From: Malacoraja senta
Taxonomy: Eukaryota
DNA: 64,000 nucleotides
NCBI GenBank assembly: GCA_038087875.1
Contig: CM075999.1
Span: 3,288,001 to 3,352,000 of the forward strand
Direction of reading: 5' to 3'
A program made the translations under genes and the position numbers. The notes beneath the pieces were generated by a model that worked only from the letters and a program-made list of their open reading frames with translations, was not told the origin of the DNA and did not search any database. Positions 24,655 through 37,689 of this stretch are shown here, piece by piece. The first letter of the stretch is position 1, and the number at the start of each line of letters is the position of its first letter.

Positions 24655-25263
24655 CAGGAAAAATGTTCCCAATGTTGCGGGAGTCCAGAACCAGGGGTCA
24701 CGGTTTAAGAACAAGCGGTCGGCCATTTAGGACTGAGTTGAGGAAAAACTTTTACACCCAGAGAGTTGTGAATCTGTGGAATTCTCTGCCAAAGAAGGCA
24801 GTGGAGGCCGATTCACTGGAGGTTTTCAAGAGAGAGTTAGATTTAGCTCTTGGGGCTAACGGAATCAAGGGATATGGGGAGAAACTGAAGGGCCTGTTTC
24901 TGCTCAATATCTAGAGGCTAGAGGCAGGAAACATGTTCCCGATGTTGGGGGAGTCCAGAACCAGGGGCCACAGTTTAAGAATAAGGAGTAAGCCATTTAC
25001 AATGGGGATGAGGAAACACTTTTTCTCACAGAGAGTGGTGAGTCTGTGGAATTCTCTGCCTCAGAGGGCGGTGGAGGCCGGTTCTCTGGATACTTTCAAG
25101 AGAGAGCTAGATAGGGCTCTTAAAGATAGCGGAGTCAGGGGATATGGGGAGAAGGCAGGAACGGGGTACTGATTGGGGATGATCAGCCATGATCACATTG
25201 AATGGCGGTGCTGGCTCGAAGGGCCGAATGGCCTCCTCCTGCACCTATTGTCTATTGTCTATT
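24655..25263 (+). mobile_element. Two adjacent CR1 3' ends
   Basis: MFPML.ESRTRGH...RVV.LWNSLP occurs twice; (TTGTCTA)n tail. Confidence 0.85.
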
Positions 25264-28200
25264 AAGGTTTTGTTGGCCGGTGTAAAAGTTAAACAAAGTG
25301 TGAATTAACGAACCTTGGACATCAGGATATAAATGTTCCGAGCTGTCATTGCTGAAGTGGAGGTCAGCAGTTACTGTTAGCGATTAGATCCCACGGGGGA
25401 CTTTTCACCCGCAATAAAAAGCCAAGGTTTACTACAGGACACAGAGTACCGAGCCATTAACCGCTGCCCTCACGCCCACAACAGCACTCAGCTAAAACAA
25501 GCAGGTTATCAGTAAGGTGGACACAAAGTGCTGGAGTAACTCAGCAGGACAAGCAGCATAGAAACATAGAAACATAGAAAATAGGTGCAGGAGGAGGCCA
25601 TTCGGCCCTTCGAGCCAGCACCGCCATTCATTGTGATCATGGCTGATCGTCCCCAATCAATAACCCGTGCCTGCCTTCTCCCATATCCCTTGACTCCACC
25701 AGCCCCTAGAGCTCTATCTAACTCTCTTAAATCCATCCAGTGACTTGGCCTCCACTGCCCTCTGTGACAGGGAATTCCACAACTCTGGGTGAAAAAGTTT
25801 TTTCTCACCTCAGTCTTAAATGACCTCCCCTTTATTCTAAGACTGTGGCCCCTGGTTCTGGACTCGCCCAACATTGGGAACATTTTTCCTTCTGAAGAGA
25901 ATGTTGAAGCAACGTCCAGCGTCTTTCTGGTCCCCTGCTGGATTTTCAACATGTTGAAAAGTTTCGGCGACCTGCAACGACCAATGACGGGTGCCGACAG
26001 TCGCCGAAAAAGCCGCGTAAGTGGGACAGGCCCATAAGCCTTCGAAGGAAGTGGAGGTGTTGGGGTGCTTTCTTGGACGTTGCTTCATCATGGCTGGTCC
26101 AGGACAAATTGCTGGAGGTTTACCATGGTCTTTATTCTTAACCCTTCAGGGTTTCGGCCCGGAACGTTGCCTATTTCCTTCGCTCCATAGATGCTGCTGC
26201 ACCCGCTGAGTTTCTCCAGCACTTTTGTCTGCCCAAAACAGATATACTTGGGTCCAACTGGGTTTAGAGGCAGAGAGCCAAAACTCTAATGCAGGATCTT
26301 GTTGAAAGTGACATTTCCCGAAGAGGTTCCTTCTCTGAACACTTTGTTTAAGAAAGAACTGCAGATGCTGGAGAAATCTAAGGTAGACAAAGAAGGGTTT
26401 CAATAGACAATAGACAATAGGTGCAGGAGTAGGCCATTTGGCCCTTCGAGCCAGCACCACCATTCAATGTGATCATGGCTGATCATCCCCAATCAGTACC
26501 CCGTTCCTGCCTTCTCCCCATATCCCCTGACTCCGCTACCTTTAAGAGCCCTATCTAGCTCTCTCTTGAAAGCTTCCAGAGAACCGGCCTCCACCGCCCT
26601 CTGAGGCAGAGAATTCCACAGACTCACCACTCTCTGTGAGAAAAAGTGTTTCCCTCGTCTCCGTTCTAAATGGCTTACTCCTTATTCTTAAACTGTGGCC
26701 CCCTGGTTCTGGACTCCCCCAACATCGGGAACATGTTTCCTGCCTCTAGCGTGTCCTTAACAATCTTCATAACCCGAAACGTTGCCTATTTCCTACCTCC
26801 ATAGATGCTGCCTCACCCGCTGAGTATCTCCAGCATTTTTGTCTACCTTTCCCCGAACCCAATCAGCCGTTTGATAAATAGAAATGAGTTGTCCTAGATC
26901 GCAGGTTAAAGTTCCACCGAACATTTTCCCAGTGTTTCTGTTATCAAAGTTCATGCTCAATTCTTTCTGCGATGCCAAGGTGGGTTAAAATGTTCAGATA
27001 TGAGATTGTAACTCTAGTCTCAAAGGTCATGGATTAAGTATAAGTCAAAAGCTGCCTGACTGGCAGATTGGGTAGACTCAGATTATTTTTGCAGATTTTT
27101 TATAAAAACTAAAACAAAATAAGTCGATAGACACGAGGTTAAAGAGGTCACCAGAGAAAACATAGAAACATAGACAATAGGTGCAGGAGTTGGCCATTAG
27201 CCCTTCGAGCCTGCACCGCCATTCAATGTGATCATGGCTGATCATCCACAATCAGTACCCCGTTCCTGCCTTCTCCCCATATCCCTTGATTCTCTTATCC
27301 CTAAGAGCTACATCTCTCTCTTGAAAACATCCAGTGAACCGGCCTCCACTGCCTTCTGTGGCAGAGACTTCCACAGATTCACAACTCTCTGGGTGAAGAA
27401 GTTTTTCCTTATCTCAGTCCGAAATGGCCGACCCCTTATTCTTAAACTGTGACCCCTGGTTCTGGATGATGGAATCTTGAGCTAAACACGGAGTGCTGGA
27501 GTAACTCAGCGGGTGGGTCAGGCAGCATCTGTGGAGAACATGGGTCGGTGACATTTCACAGTGCTGGAGTAACTCAGCGGGTGGGTCAGGCAGCATCTGT
27601 GGAGAACATGGATAGGTGACATTTCACAGAGTGCTGGAGTAACTCAGCGGGTCAGGCAGCATCTGTGGGGAACATGGATAGGTGACGTTTCGGGTCGGGA
27701 CCCTTCTTCAGACTGATGGAATAGGGGGAGAAAGCTGGAGCAGAGAGATGGGGGGGGGGGGGCATAGCCTGCTGAGTGATGGGTGGATGAGGGGGTGATG
27801 TGCAGAGTGGTGGAGTATGTGATGGGTGTACGGAGGGGGGGGGGGGCAAGGAGCAGGGTGACTGAGGAGAGGAGAAGTGGGAGCGTTCTGTGGTGAAAGC
27901 AAAGAGAGAGAGAGAGGAGATGGTGGGTTTATTCCTTGAACTTCCTTGTCATCAGATATCAGGTTCAGGCATGTTTGCAAAATAAGGAACAATCCGTCCT
28001 TGTTCACTGCGGTTCTACAAACACCAGCCAAGGACAATGCAAGTGCTTCACTGATGCCTCTGCCTCATCCCAGGCGGCCGGAGTGGACGACACGTCAGTG
28101 GACATTTCTAAGGTGGAGTTAGACAGATTCCTGATCCGTACGGGTGTCAGGGGTTGTGGGGAGAAGGCGGGAGAATGGGGTTAGGAGGGAGAGATAGATC

Positions 28201-28794
28201 GGCCATGATAAATGACAGTAGACTCGATGGGCCGAATGGCCTTATTCTACTCCTATCACTCGTGACCATGTGACTTTATTGACAAGAGACAATAGACAAC
28301 AGGTGCAGGAGTAGGCCATTCAGCCCTTCGAGCCAGCACCGCCATTCAATGTGATCATGGTTGATCATCCCCAATCAGTACCCCGTTCCTGCCTTCTCCC
28401 CATATCCCCTGACTCCGCTGTTTTTAACAGCCTTATCTAGCTCTCTCTTGAAAGCATCCAGAGTTATGTGAGTGGAGTTGCCGCTTTCTCCAACAGAGGG
28501 AGTGTGGAGAGAGGTTGTCTCTCTGCCTTATCACCGCGCCCTTGTTTCCGACACCTCAGTCAGGGCCCCAGCTGCGCCAGTTAGTTTGGAGATAAAGTTA
28601 TTTCCATAACATGAGTGGGATTTACTTGGCAAAGTGCTCCTAAGCACAGTTACAAGGACAGCCTCATAATAACAAGCTCTTTTACACAACTGCTTTCTTT
28701 CACTTTATTTTTAGTTTTAGATTTAGAGATACGGCGTGGAAACAGGCCATTCGGCCCACCGAGCCCGTGCTGACCACCGATCCTGCAACACTAG

Positions 28795-29252
28795 TGTTAA
28801 AGAAGGAACTGCAGATGCTGGGAAATCGAAGGTAGACAAAATGCTGGAGAAACTCAGCGGGTGCAGCAGCATCTATGGAGCGAAGGAAATAGGCAACGTT
28901 TCGGGCCGAAACCCTTCTAGGAAGGAAATAGGTAACGTTTCGGGCCGAAACCCGGAAGGGTTTCGGCCCGAAACGTTGCCTATTTCCTTCGCTCCATAGA
29001 TGCTGCTGCACCCGCTGAGTTTCTCCAGCATTTTTGTGTAACGTTACCTATTTCCTTCCTGAAGGGTTTCGGCCCGAAACGTTGCCTATTTCCTTCGCTC
29101 CATAGATGCTGCTGCACCCGCTGAGTTTCTCCAGCATTTTTGTGTAACGTTACCTATTTCCTTCCTGAAGGGTTTCGGCCCGAAACGTTGCCTATTTCCT
29201 TCGCTCCATAGATGCTGCTGCACCCGCTGAGTTTCTCCAGCATTTTTGTGTA
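28795..29252. mobile_element. Palindromic Penelope-derived element, subfamily B, with tandemly amplified right arm
   Basis: TSD CCTGCAACACTAG at 28782-28794 and 29253-29265; inserted in a minus-strand V-SINE. Confidence 0.85.
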
Positions 29253-29511
29253 CCTGCAACACTAGCTCCATCCTACACGCACACTAGAGACAATGTACAT
29301 TTATACCGATGCCAATTAACCTGCCAACCTGCACGTCTTTGGAGTGCGGGAGGAAACCGGAGCACCCGGAGAAAACCCACGGGGAGAACGTACAAACTTC
29401 CGTACAGACAGCGCCCGTAGTCAGGATCGATCCCGGGTCTCTGGCGCTGTGAGGCAGCAACTCTACCGCTGCGCCACCGTGCTGCAAAACTGTGAATGAG
29501 AAAAAAACCCC

Positions 29512-30012
29512 CACGGAGTGCTGGAGTAACTCAGTCTGAAGAAGGTCCTCGACCCGAAACGTCGCCCATTCCTTCTCTCCAGAGACGCTGCCCGTCCCGC
29601 TGAGTTACTCCAGCGCTTTGTGTCTACCTTCGGTATGAATATTGACTTCTCTAAGTTTGAAGTAACCCTTGCATTCCCTCTCTCTCCATCCCTCCCCCTT
29701 CCCCGTTCTCCGTCCTGCCTGACTGTCCCACTGATTAAAGTTTCTCTCTGTTTGCTTTGTTGTCAGCTTCTCCTCGCTAACAATGATCTGTTCTCCGTTT
29801 TCCTTGAACTTCATCCCCTTTGATCTCTCGTTTTCACACCATACACTTCCTTATCTCTGTGTCTCCCTCTCCACCTGACTCTCAGCCTGAAGAAGGGTCT
29901 CGACCCGAAAAACCGCACCCATTCTCACCAGAGATGCTGCCTGTCCCGCTGAGTTACTCCAGCATTTTGTGTCTATCTTTGGTGTAAACCAGCATCTGCA
30001 GTTCCTTCTTAC
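29512..30012 (+). mobile_element. Partial tandem Penelope-like element with two direct terminal repeats
   Basis: Hammerhead-like motifs at 29536 and 29887, with the endonuclease tail GMNIDFSKF between them. Confidence 0.75.
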
Positions 30013-30271
30013 ATAGAGTTCAGTTCAGCGTGGAAACAGGCCCTTCGGCCCATTGGGTCCACGCCAACCATCAATAATCTATCTACGTTTTTTTCTTTGA
30101 CTGGAAATCACGCAAACAAAAGCTTGTCACTACAAAGTCCACAATCAGTTCCTTGGCCAAGTACGTTTATTGGCCAAGTATTCACATACAAGGAATTTGC
30201 CTTGGTGCTCCGCCCGCATGTGATCCCACTTTTACAACCACTCCTTCACACTAGTGGCAATGTTCAGAGGC

Positions 30272-30471
30272 NNNNNNNNNNNNNNNNNNNNNNNNNNNNN
30301 NNNNNNNNNNNNNNNNNNNNNNNNNNNNNNNNNNNNNNNNNNNNNNNNNNNNNNNNNNNNNNNNNNNNNNNNNNNNNNNNNNNNNNNNNNNNNNNNNNNN
30401 NNNNNNNNNNNNNNNNNNNNNNNNNNNNNNNNNNNNNNNNNNNNNNNNNNNNNNNNNNNNNNNNNNNNNNN
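30272..30471. other. Assembly gap (200 N)
   Basis: Run of n. Confidence 1.
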
Positions 30472-31052
30472 GATGAGAGGGGATCTCATTGAGACATATA
30501 AGACTGTTAAGGGTTTGGACACGCAGCCAAATTAGACTAGTCCAGTCTGCCACCTTGGTCGGCATGAACAAGGTGGGCCGAATGGCCTGTTTTGTGCTAT
30601 GTAGCTCTGAATGGTCAATATAGAGTCGAGAGTGTTTTATTGTCGTGTCCCAGATAGTACAATGACATTCTTACTTGCTGCAGCACAGCACAATATGTGA
30701 ACGCAGTACACTGTAAACAATATGATAAACGAGAGAGAACAAAAGTTCAGAGTGTGTATATATACACATACCCACATAGAAATAGATATTTTAAATCATC
30801 AGTTTTTGACACAAATATGCTGAACACCAGGTAATCACAGACACAAAAAAGCTGGAGTAACTCAGCGGGTCAGACAGCATCTCTGGAGAGAAGGAATAGG
30901 TGACGTTTTGGGTCAAGACCCTTCTTCAGACATCACTCTTGTGTCTGTCTGTCTTCGGTGTAAAGCAGCATCTGCAGTTCCTTCCTGCACAACATCAGCT
31001 GATCGTTGCAGTCCCTGTTTCGAGAAGCCCTCCCATAGTGAGATGAGCTAAT

Positions 31053-31460
31053 GGTGTGTGACCTCCCCACCATCGAGGGGATCTATCGCAGTCGCTGCCT
31101 CAAAAAGGCTGGCAGCATCATCAAGGACCCACATCATCCTGGCCACACACTCATCTCCCCGCTACCTTCAGGTGGAAGGTACAGGAGCCTGAAGACTGCA
31201 GCGACCAGGTTCAGGAATAGCTACTTCCCCACAGCCATCAGGCTATTAAACACAACTTCAAACAAACTCTGAACTAAAACAGCCTATTGCACTTTATCTG
31301 TGTATTTACGTGTGTATGTATATATATATTCTATGGTACATGGACACACTGAACTGATCTGTATTATGTTTACACATTCTGTTGTGCTGCAGCAAGCAAG
31401 AATTTCATTGTCCTATCTGGGACACATGACAATAAACTCACTTGACTTGTCTTGACTTGA
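31053..31460 (+). mobile_element. Rex1/Babar-type LINE 3' end
   Basis: Reads LPTIEGIYRSRCLKKAGSIIKDPHHPGHTLISPLPSGGRYRSL..TRFRNSYFPTAIRLLN; tail gacaataaactcacttgacttg. Confidence 0.8.
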
Positions 31461-31512
31461 GAGGGGACAGATATCTGGTGCTGGTGATCCACGTTATATA
31501 CACAGCCGGCTG

Positions 31513-31513
31513 C

Positions 31514-31573
<60 letters not shown>
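31513..31573 (+). repeat. (CAGA)n microsatellite
   Basis: About 15 perfect units. Confidence 0.95.
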
Positions 31574-31574
<1 letters not shown>

Positions 31575-31840
31575 CTCACTCCAACGCCTTCTCTGGACAA
31601 TCATTTCTATCTGTTGTCCAGCCTGCATGAATGAGTCACGGCGTGATTGGTGGCCGTTGCCTTGGGGTTGTGTCTCTCTCTCATTGACAACATACGGCAC
31701 TCCGGCCTGGCACAGATGAAATGGAAGATTTTGTCAACATGGATTTAGCTTAAACCTCTTGCAGATTTCCGATATTTATTACACAGCAGGTTGAGCAGTG
31801 ACCTTGTCCATGTTAACTGTGAACCCTACACTGACATCAA

Positions 31841-33406
31841 ACACACACCCACACACTCACACACCCACACACACCCACACACACGCGCGCACGCCCACAT
31901 ACCCACACACTCACACACTCACACACACCCACATACCCACACACACGCGAGCACACACATACCCACACACACGCGCGCACGCCCACACACTCACACACAC
32001 ACACCCACACACACAAACACACCCACACACGCGCACACACACTCACACACACTCACACACACTCACGCACCCACACACCCACACACTCACACACACCCAC
32101 ACACCCACACACACTCACACACACACACATACTCACACACACCCACACACACGCGCGCACACACTCACACACACGCGCACACACCCACACACACAAACAC
32201 ACCCACACACGCGCACACACACTCACACACACACACACACGCGCACACACACTCACACACTCACACACACTCACACACACACACACTCACACACCCACAC
32301 ACACAAACACACCCACACACGTGCACACACACTCACACACACACACACACACACACTCACATGCACACACACCCATGCACACTCACACACACACACACGC
32401 ACACTCACACACACACTCACATGCACACACGCACACACATGCACGCATGCAACCCACACTCACACCCACACACACAAACACACCCACACACGCGCACACA
32501 CACCCACACACTCACACACACACCCACACACGCGCACACACCCACACACGCGCACACACACTCACACACCCACATACACACACACACTCGCACACCCACA
32601 CACACTCACACACCCACACACACTCACACACACACACTCACACACCCACACACACACACCCACACACACAAACACACCCACACACGCGCACACACACTCA
32701 CACACACACACACACTCACACACACACACTCACATGCACACACACCCACGCACACTCACACACACACACACACGCACACTCACACACACACTCACATGCA
32801 CACACGCACACACATGCACGCATGCAACCCACACTCACACACACACACTCGCACACACACATACATACGCACACCAACACACACTCACACACACATGCAC
32901 ATACACACGGACACCCACACTCACACACACGCACACACACTCACATGCACACACACCCACGCACACACACACACTCGCACACACACACACTCACTCACAT
33001 GCACACACACCCACGCACACACACACACTCACACACACTCGCACACACACCAACACACACTCACACACACACGGACACACACACTCACTCACACACACAC
33101 GCACACACACACACACACTCGCGTGCACACTCACCCACATACACACACACACTCGCACACACACCTGCACACACTCACACACACACATGCGCACACAAAT
33201 TGTGCACATTTGCACACACATACTTGCATATACACTTGCAACGCACACACTTGTGCATGAACACACCTGCAAACACACTTGCAAGCACACTTGCATGCAC
33301 GCAGACACACACTTGCACACACACACAATCACGCAAGTACACTTGTGCACACACACACACACAGATACACAGTTGCATTCATTGACACACACACACACAC
33401 ACACAT
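31841..33406 (+). repeat. 1.6-kb degenerate (CA)n compound satellite
   Basis: CA runs with CG/CT/CC variants and repeated higher-order blocks. Confidence 0.95.
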
Positions 33407-33610
33407 TTCCTCCCCCCCCCCCCCCACATTCCGCAGCAGGGATACTTACACTAGAACCGCTCACTTTACGTTGACAAGAAACCGAGGCCTGTTTCCATCC
33501 TCCATAGATAGACACAAAATGCTGGAGTAACTCAGCGGGACAGGCAGCATCTATGGAGAGAAGGGATGGGTGAGGTTTCGGGTCGAGACCCTTCTTCAGA
33601 CTGAGGGTCT

Positions 33611-34190
33611 GAAGTCTGAAGAAGAGTTTCGACCCGAAAACTCACAGATTCCTTTTCTACAGAGATGCTGCCTGGCCCGCTGAGTTACTCCAGCGTTACT
33701 CTGTGAAACGTCACCTATCCATGTTCTCCACAGATGCTGCCTGACCCGCTGAGTTACTCCAGCGCTCTGTGAAACGTCACCTATCCATGTTCTCCACAGA
33801 TGCTGCCTGACCCGCTGAGTTACTCTGGCACAGTGTACTTCTGTGCTTTGTAAGCTATACGGAACCACACTATAAATGATAAGGTAGACCAAAATGCTGG
33901 AAAAACTCAGCGGGTGCGGCAGCATCTATGGAGCGAAGGAAATAGGCAACGTTTCGGCCCGAAACCCTTCCGGGTTTCGGCCCGAAACGTTGCCTATTTC
34001 CTTCAGGGTTTCGGCCCGAAAGGTTGCCCATTTCCTTCGCTCCACAGATGCTGCCTGGCCCGCTGAGTTACTCCAGCACTCTGTGAAACGTCACCTATCC
34101 ATGTTCCCCACAGATGCTGCCTGACCCGCTGAGTTACTCCAGCACTCTGTGTCGATCATCAATCAGCATCTGCAGTTCCTTCCTACACAC
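33611..34190. mobile_element. Composite Penelope-derived element, second copy
   Basis: Matches 17221-17625 with extra 66-bp units. Confidence 0.8.
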
Positions 34191-35702
34191 TAGAAATGAG
34201 TAACCGTTGGAAAAGGTGAAGAGAAGGGGCCAATGTGGACTGTGTGTGTGCTGTTTCCCACCAGGCTGCCAGCACCGTGAGGTACGTCATCAAAATGCCA
34301 GGCATTCGGAGAGTATCATTAGCTTAGTGACGCTCAACTTCATTATGCGAGTGACACCATGGAAACCAGCGCAAAGATCAGCTTTCACTCGTGAGAGCGC
34401 TCCCTTGGCCCGGTTCTAGATGGCTTGTTGAGGGCTGGGTCAACGCTGTCAGTTCACTCACACTCCAGAGATGTGGGGACTGTGCGGACATGATTGTGCA
34501 ACAACTCGTGAGAGGAATAGATCGGGTAGATGCAGAGAGTCTCTTGCCCAGAGTAGGGGAATCGAGGACCAGAGGACATAGGTTCAAGGTGAAGGGGAAA
34601 AGGTTTAATAGGAATCTGAAAGGGAACCTTTTTCACACAAAGGGTGGTTGGTGGGTGTAAGGAGATAGTTGAGTCTGGGACTATCCCAAAATTTAAGGAA
34701 CAGTTAGACAGGTACATGCAGGAAAATGTTCCCGATGTTGGGGAGTCCAGAACCAGGGGTTACAGTTTAAGAATAACGGGCCGGCCATTTAGGACTGAGA
34801 TGAGGAAAAACTTTATTACATAGAGAGTTGTGAATCTGTGGAATTCTCTGCCACAGAAGGATGTTTTCAAGAGAGAGTTAGATTTAGCTCTTAGGGCTAA
34901 CAGAATCAAGAGATATGTGGAGTAAGCAGGAACGTGGCACTGATTTGGGATGATCAGCCATGATCACATTGAATGGCAGTGCAGGCTCGAAGGGCCGAAT
35001 GGCCTCCTCCTGCACCTATTGTCTATGTTTCTATGACCAAGATGCTCCATTACAAGAAGGAGCAGCAAGAAACGTCTTCCATCCTTTTTCTCCAGAGATG
35101 CTGCCTGACCCACATGGTCTCAGGGAGAACGTGCAAACTCCACACAGACAGCACTCACAGGCAGAATCGAACCGGGGTCTCTACTGCCGCGCCACAGTGC
35201 CCCACTAAACTAAAGTTGAAAGCATCTGAATGTTTTGATAATCTAGGACACAGCACAACCCCAACCACAACCTTACCTCAGTCACCGTCTGCTAGGGACC
35301 TTGTTGCAGTTGTACTGCATTCTCTGGTTTACGCTCTAATGGCCTGGTTATCTTTTAAATGTATTAATTTATGCTGTTAATGTTTATTATACATGATTGT
35401 GTGTGTGTGTTATTGTGTGAATGGGTCGGTGAAGCTGCAACAAATAAGAATCGAGTTGTTTTCTCCAACCGATATCCCTCCTTTACATCTCCACCTCCGC
35501 TCCTCCAACACCCTTTCATCTCCTTTCCACCTCCAGCCTCTACCAATGACCCCCCCACCCCCCTGTATCCACCCATCACTTGTAGAAACCAGGAACTGCA
35601 GATGCTGGTTTGTACCAAAGATAGACCGAAAGTGCCTGGAGTAACTCAGTGGGTCAGGCAGCATCTCTGGAGAAAAAGGATGGGTGACGTTTCGGATCCA
35701 GT

Positions 35703-35730
35703 CTGAAGAAGGGTCTCGACCCGAAACGTC
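35703..35730 (+). ncRNA. Candidate minimal type-I hammerhead motif (representative intact copy)
   Basis: CTGAAGA-A-GGGT-CTCG-ACCC-GAAAC-GTC. Other intact cores at 53808-53835 (+), 62862-62889 (+, CTGACGA), 27684-27711 (-) and 61028-61055 (-). Confidence 0.65.
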
Positions 35731-35807
35731 ACCCATTCCTTCTCTCCAAAGATGCTGCCTGTCCCGCTGAGTTACTCCAGCTTTTTGTGTCTACCTCTGG
35801 TCTCTCT

Positions 35808-36440
35808 TAGAAACATAGAAACATAGAAACATAGAAATTAGGTGCAGGAGTAGGCCATTTGGCCCTTCGAGTCTGCACCGCCATTCAATATGATCATGGC
35901 TGATCATCCAACTGAGTATCCCGTACCTGCCTTCTCTCCATACCCTCTGATCCCTTTAGCCACAAGGGCCACATCTAACTCCCTCTTAAATATAGCCAAT
36001 GAACTGGCCTCGACTACCCTCTGTGGCAGAGAGTTCCAGAGATTCACCACTCTCTGTGTGAAAAAAGTTCTTCTCATCTCGGTTTTAAAGGATTTCCCCC
36101 TTATCCTTAAGCTGTGACCCCTTGTCCTGGACTTCCCCAACATCGGGAGCAATCTTCCTGCATCTAGCCTGTCCAACCCCTTAAGAATTTTGTAAGTTTC
36201 TATAAGATCCCCTCTCAATCTCCTAAATTCTAGAGAGTATAAGCCAAGTCTATCCAGTCTTTCTTCATAAGACAGTCCTGACATCCCAGGAATCAGTCTG
36301 GTGAACCTTCTCTGCACTCCCTCTATGGCAATAATGTCCTTCCTCAGATTTGGAGACCAAAACTGTACGCAATACTCCAGGTGTGGTCTCACCAAGACCC
36401 TGTACAACTGCAGTAGAACCTCCCTGCTCCTATACTCAAA
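35808..36440 (-). mobile_element. Young CR1 LINE 3' fragment
   Basis: Uninterrupted ORF 35904-36407; (TTTCTATG)n tail. Confidence 0.92.
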
Positions 36441-37363
36441 CCTAGGGTCTAAGACTTGATCTTAGACCCTTCCTTTTTGAGTCCAGCACTTTGTGGTGGC
36501 GCTGGCTCGAAGGGCCGAATGGCCTACTCATGCACCTATTTTTTTTTAATGTGTCCACCTATCACTTGCCAGGATTTGTCCCGCCTCTTCCCACCTCTTT
36601 TCCAAGCTTTATTCCCCCCTGCGCTACATCAGTCTGAAGAAGGGTCCCAATCCGAAACGTTGTCTGTCCATTCCCTCCACAGATGCTGACTGACCCGCTG
36701 AGTTCTTCCAGCACTTTGTGTTTCACACCTGGCTGGCAATGAAACACTCTTGGCTCTTGTTCATCCTGTGTGACACCACCACCTGCTGGTAGTTTTGAAG
36801 CGAGCAGTTTAACAACATAATCCTACAAACTAGGAATTAAAGGATGTTTTTTTTAGGAAGGAGATGAGGAAAATGTCTTTAGTCAGAGGGATTCAAGATT
36901 CAAGAGAGTTTATTGTCATGTGTCCCCTGATAGGACAATGAAATTCTTGCTGTCAGGTGAATCTGTGCAATTCTTTGCCACAGACGGCTATGGAGGCCAA
37001 GTCAGTGGATATTTTTAAGACAGAAATAGACAGGTTCTTGATTAGTACGGGTGTCAGGGGTTATGGGGAGACGGCAGGAGAATGGGGTTGGGAGGGAGAG
37101 ATAGATCAGCCCTGATTGAATGGCGGAGTAGACTTGATGGGCCGAATGGCCTAATTCTACTTCTATCACATGATCATCACTCACTTAAACCATCCATCAC
37201 CAACCAGGGGTAGATAATAAACATAATCCCAAAGAAGTTGATAAGGATATTTATCTGGCATCTTTCAGCACTTTGGGGAAGGGATATTTCTTATTGAATC
37301 TTTTCCGTGATGCTTCAGGTTCAGCACAAACGTCAGTTTGGTGTGATTAATGCAGGGAAGGCT

Positions 37364-37677
37364 GCACGGTGGCGCAGCGGTAGAGTTGCTGCCTCACAGC
37401 GCCAGAGACCCGGGTTCCATCCTAACTACGGGTTGTGTTTGTACGCAGTTTGTGCGTCCTCCCCGTGACCTGCGTGGGTTTTCTCCGGGCGCTCCGGTTT
37501 CCTCCCACACTCGAAAGACGTACAGGTTTGTAAGTTAATTGGCTTGGTAGAGATTTTAAAAAATTGTCCCTTGTGTGCGTAGGATAGCGCTAGTGTGCGG
37601 GGATCGCTGGTTGGCATGGACTCGGTGGGCCGAAGGGCCTGTTACCGTGCTGCATCTCTAAACCATACTAAACTAAC
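37364..37677 (+). mobile_element. V-SINE (HE1-like), full length
   Basis: A/B boxes, V-domain and LINE-derived tail. Confidence 0.87.
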
Positions 37678-37689
37678 CTATTTTGGCGG

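Noticed and set aside
26036..26125. Minus-strand ATGATGA suggesting a C/D snoRNA
   Set aside because: Translates as NLSWTSHDEATSKKAPQHLHFLRR, a LINE RT fragment, and there is no D box at a suitable distance.
30097..30571. ORFs spanning the X run
   Set aside because: Artefacts of the assembly gap.
31791..33515. Long His/Thr-rich and Val/Cys-rich ORFs (up to 558 aa)
   Set aside because: Translations of the CA satellite, which lacks stop codons by composition.
34265..34281. Plus-strand 17-nt micro-exon-like signal (ccaccag...GAG|gtacgt)
   Set aside because: No partner exons or frame could be supported.
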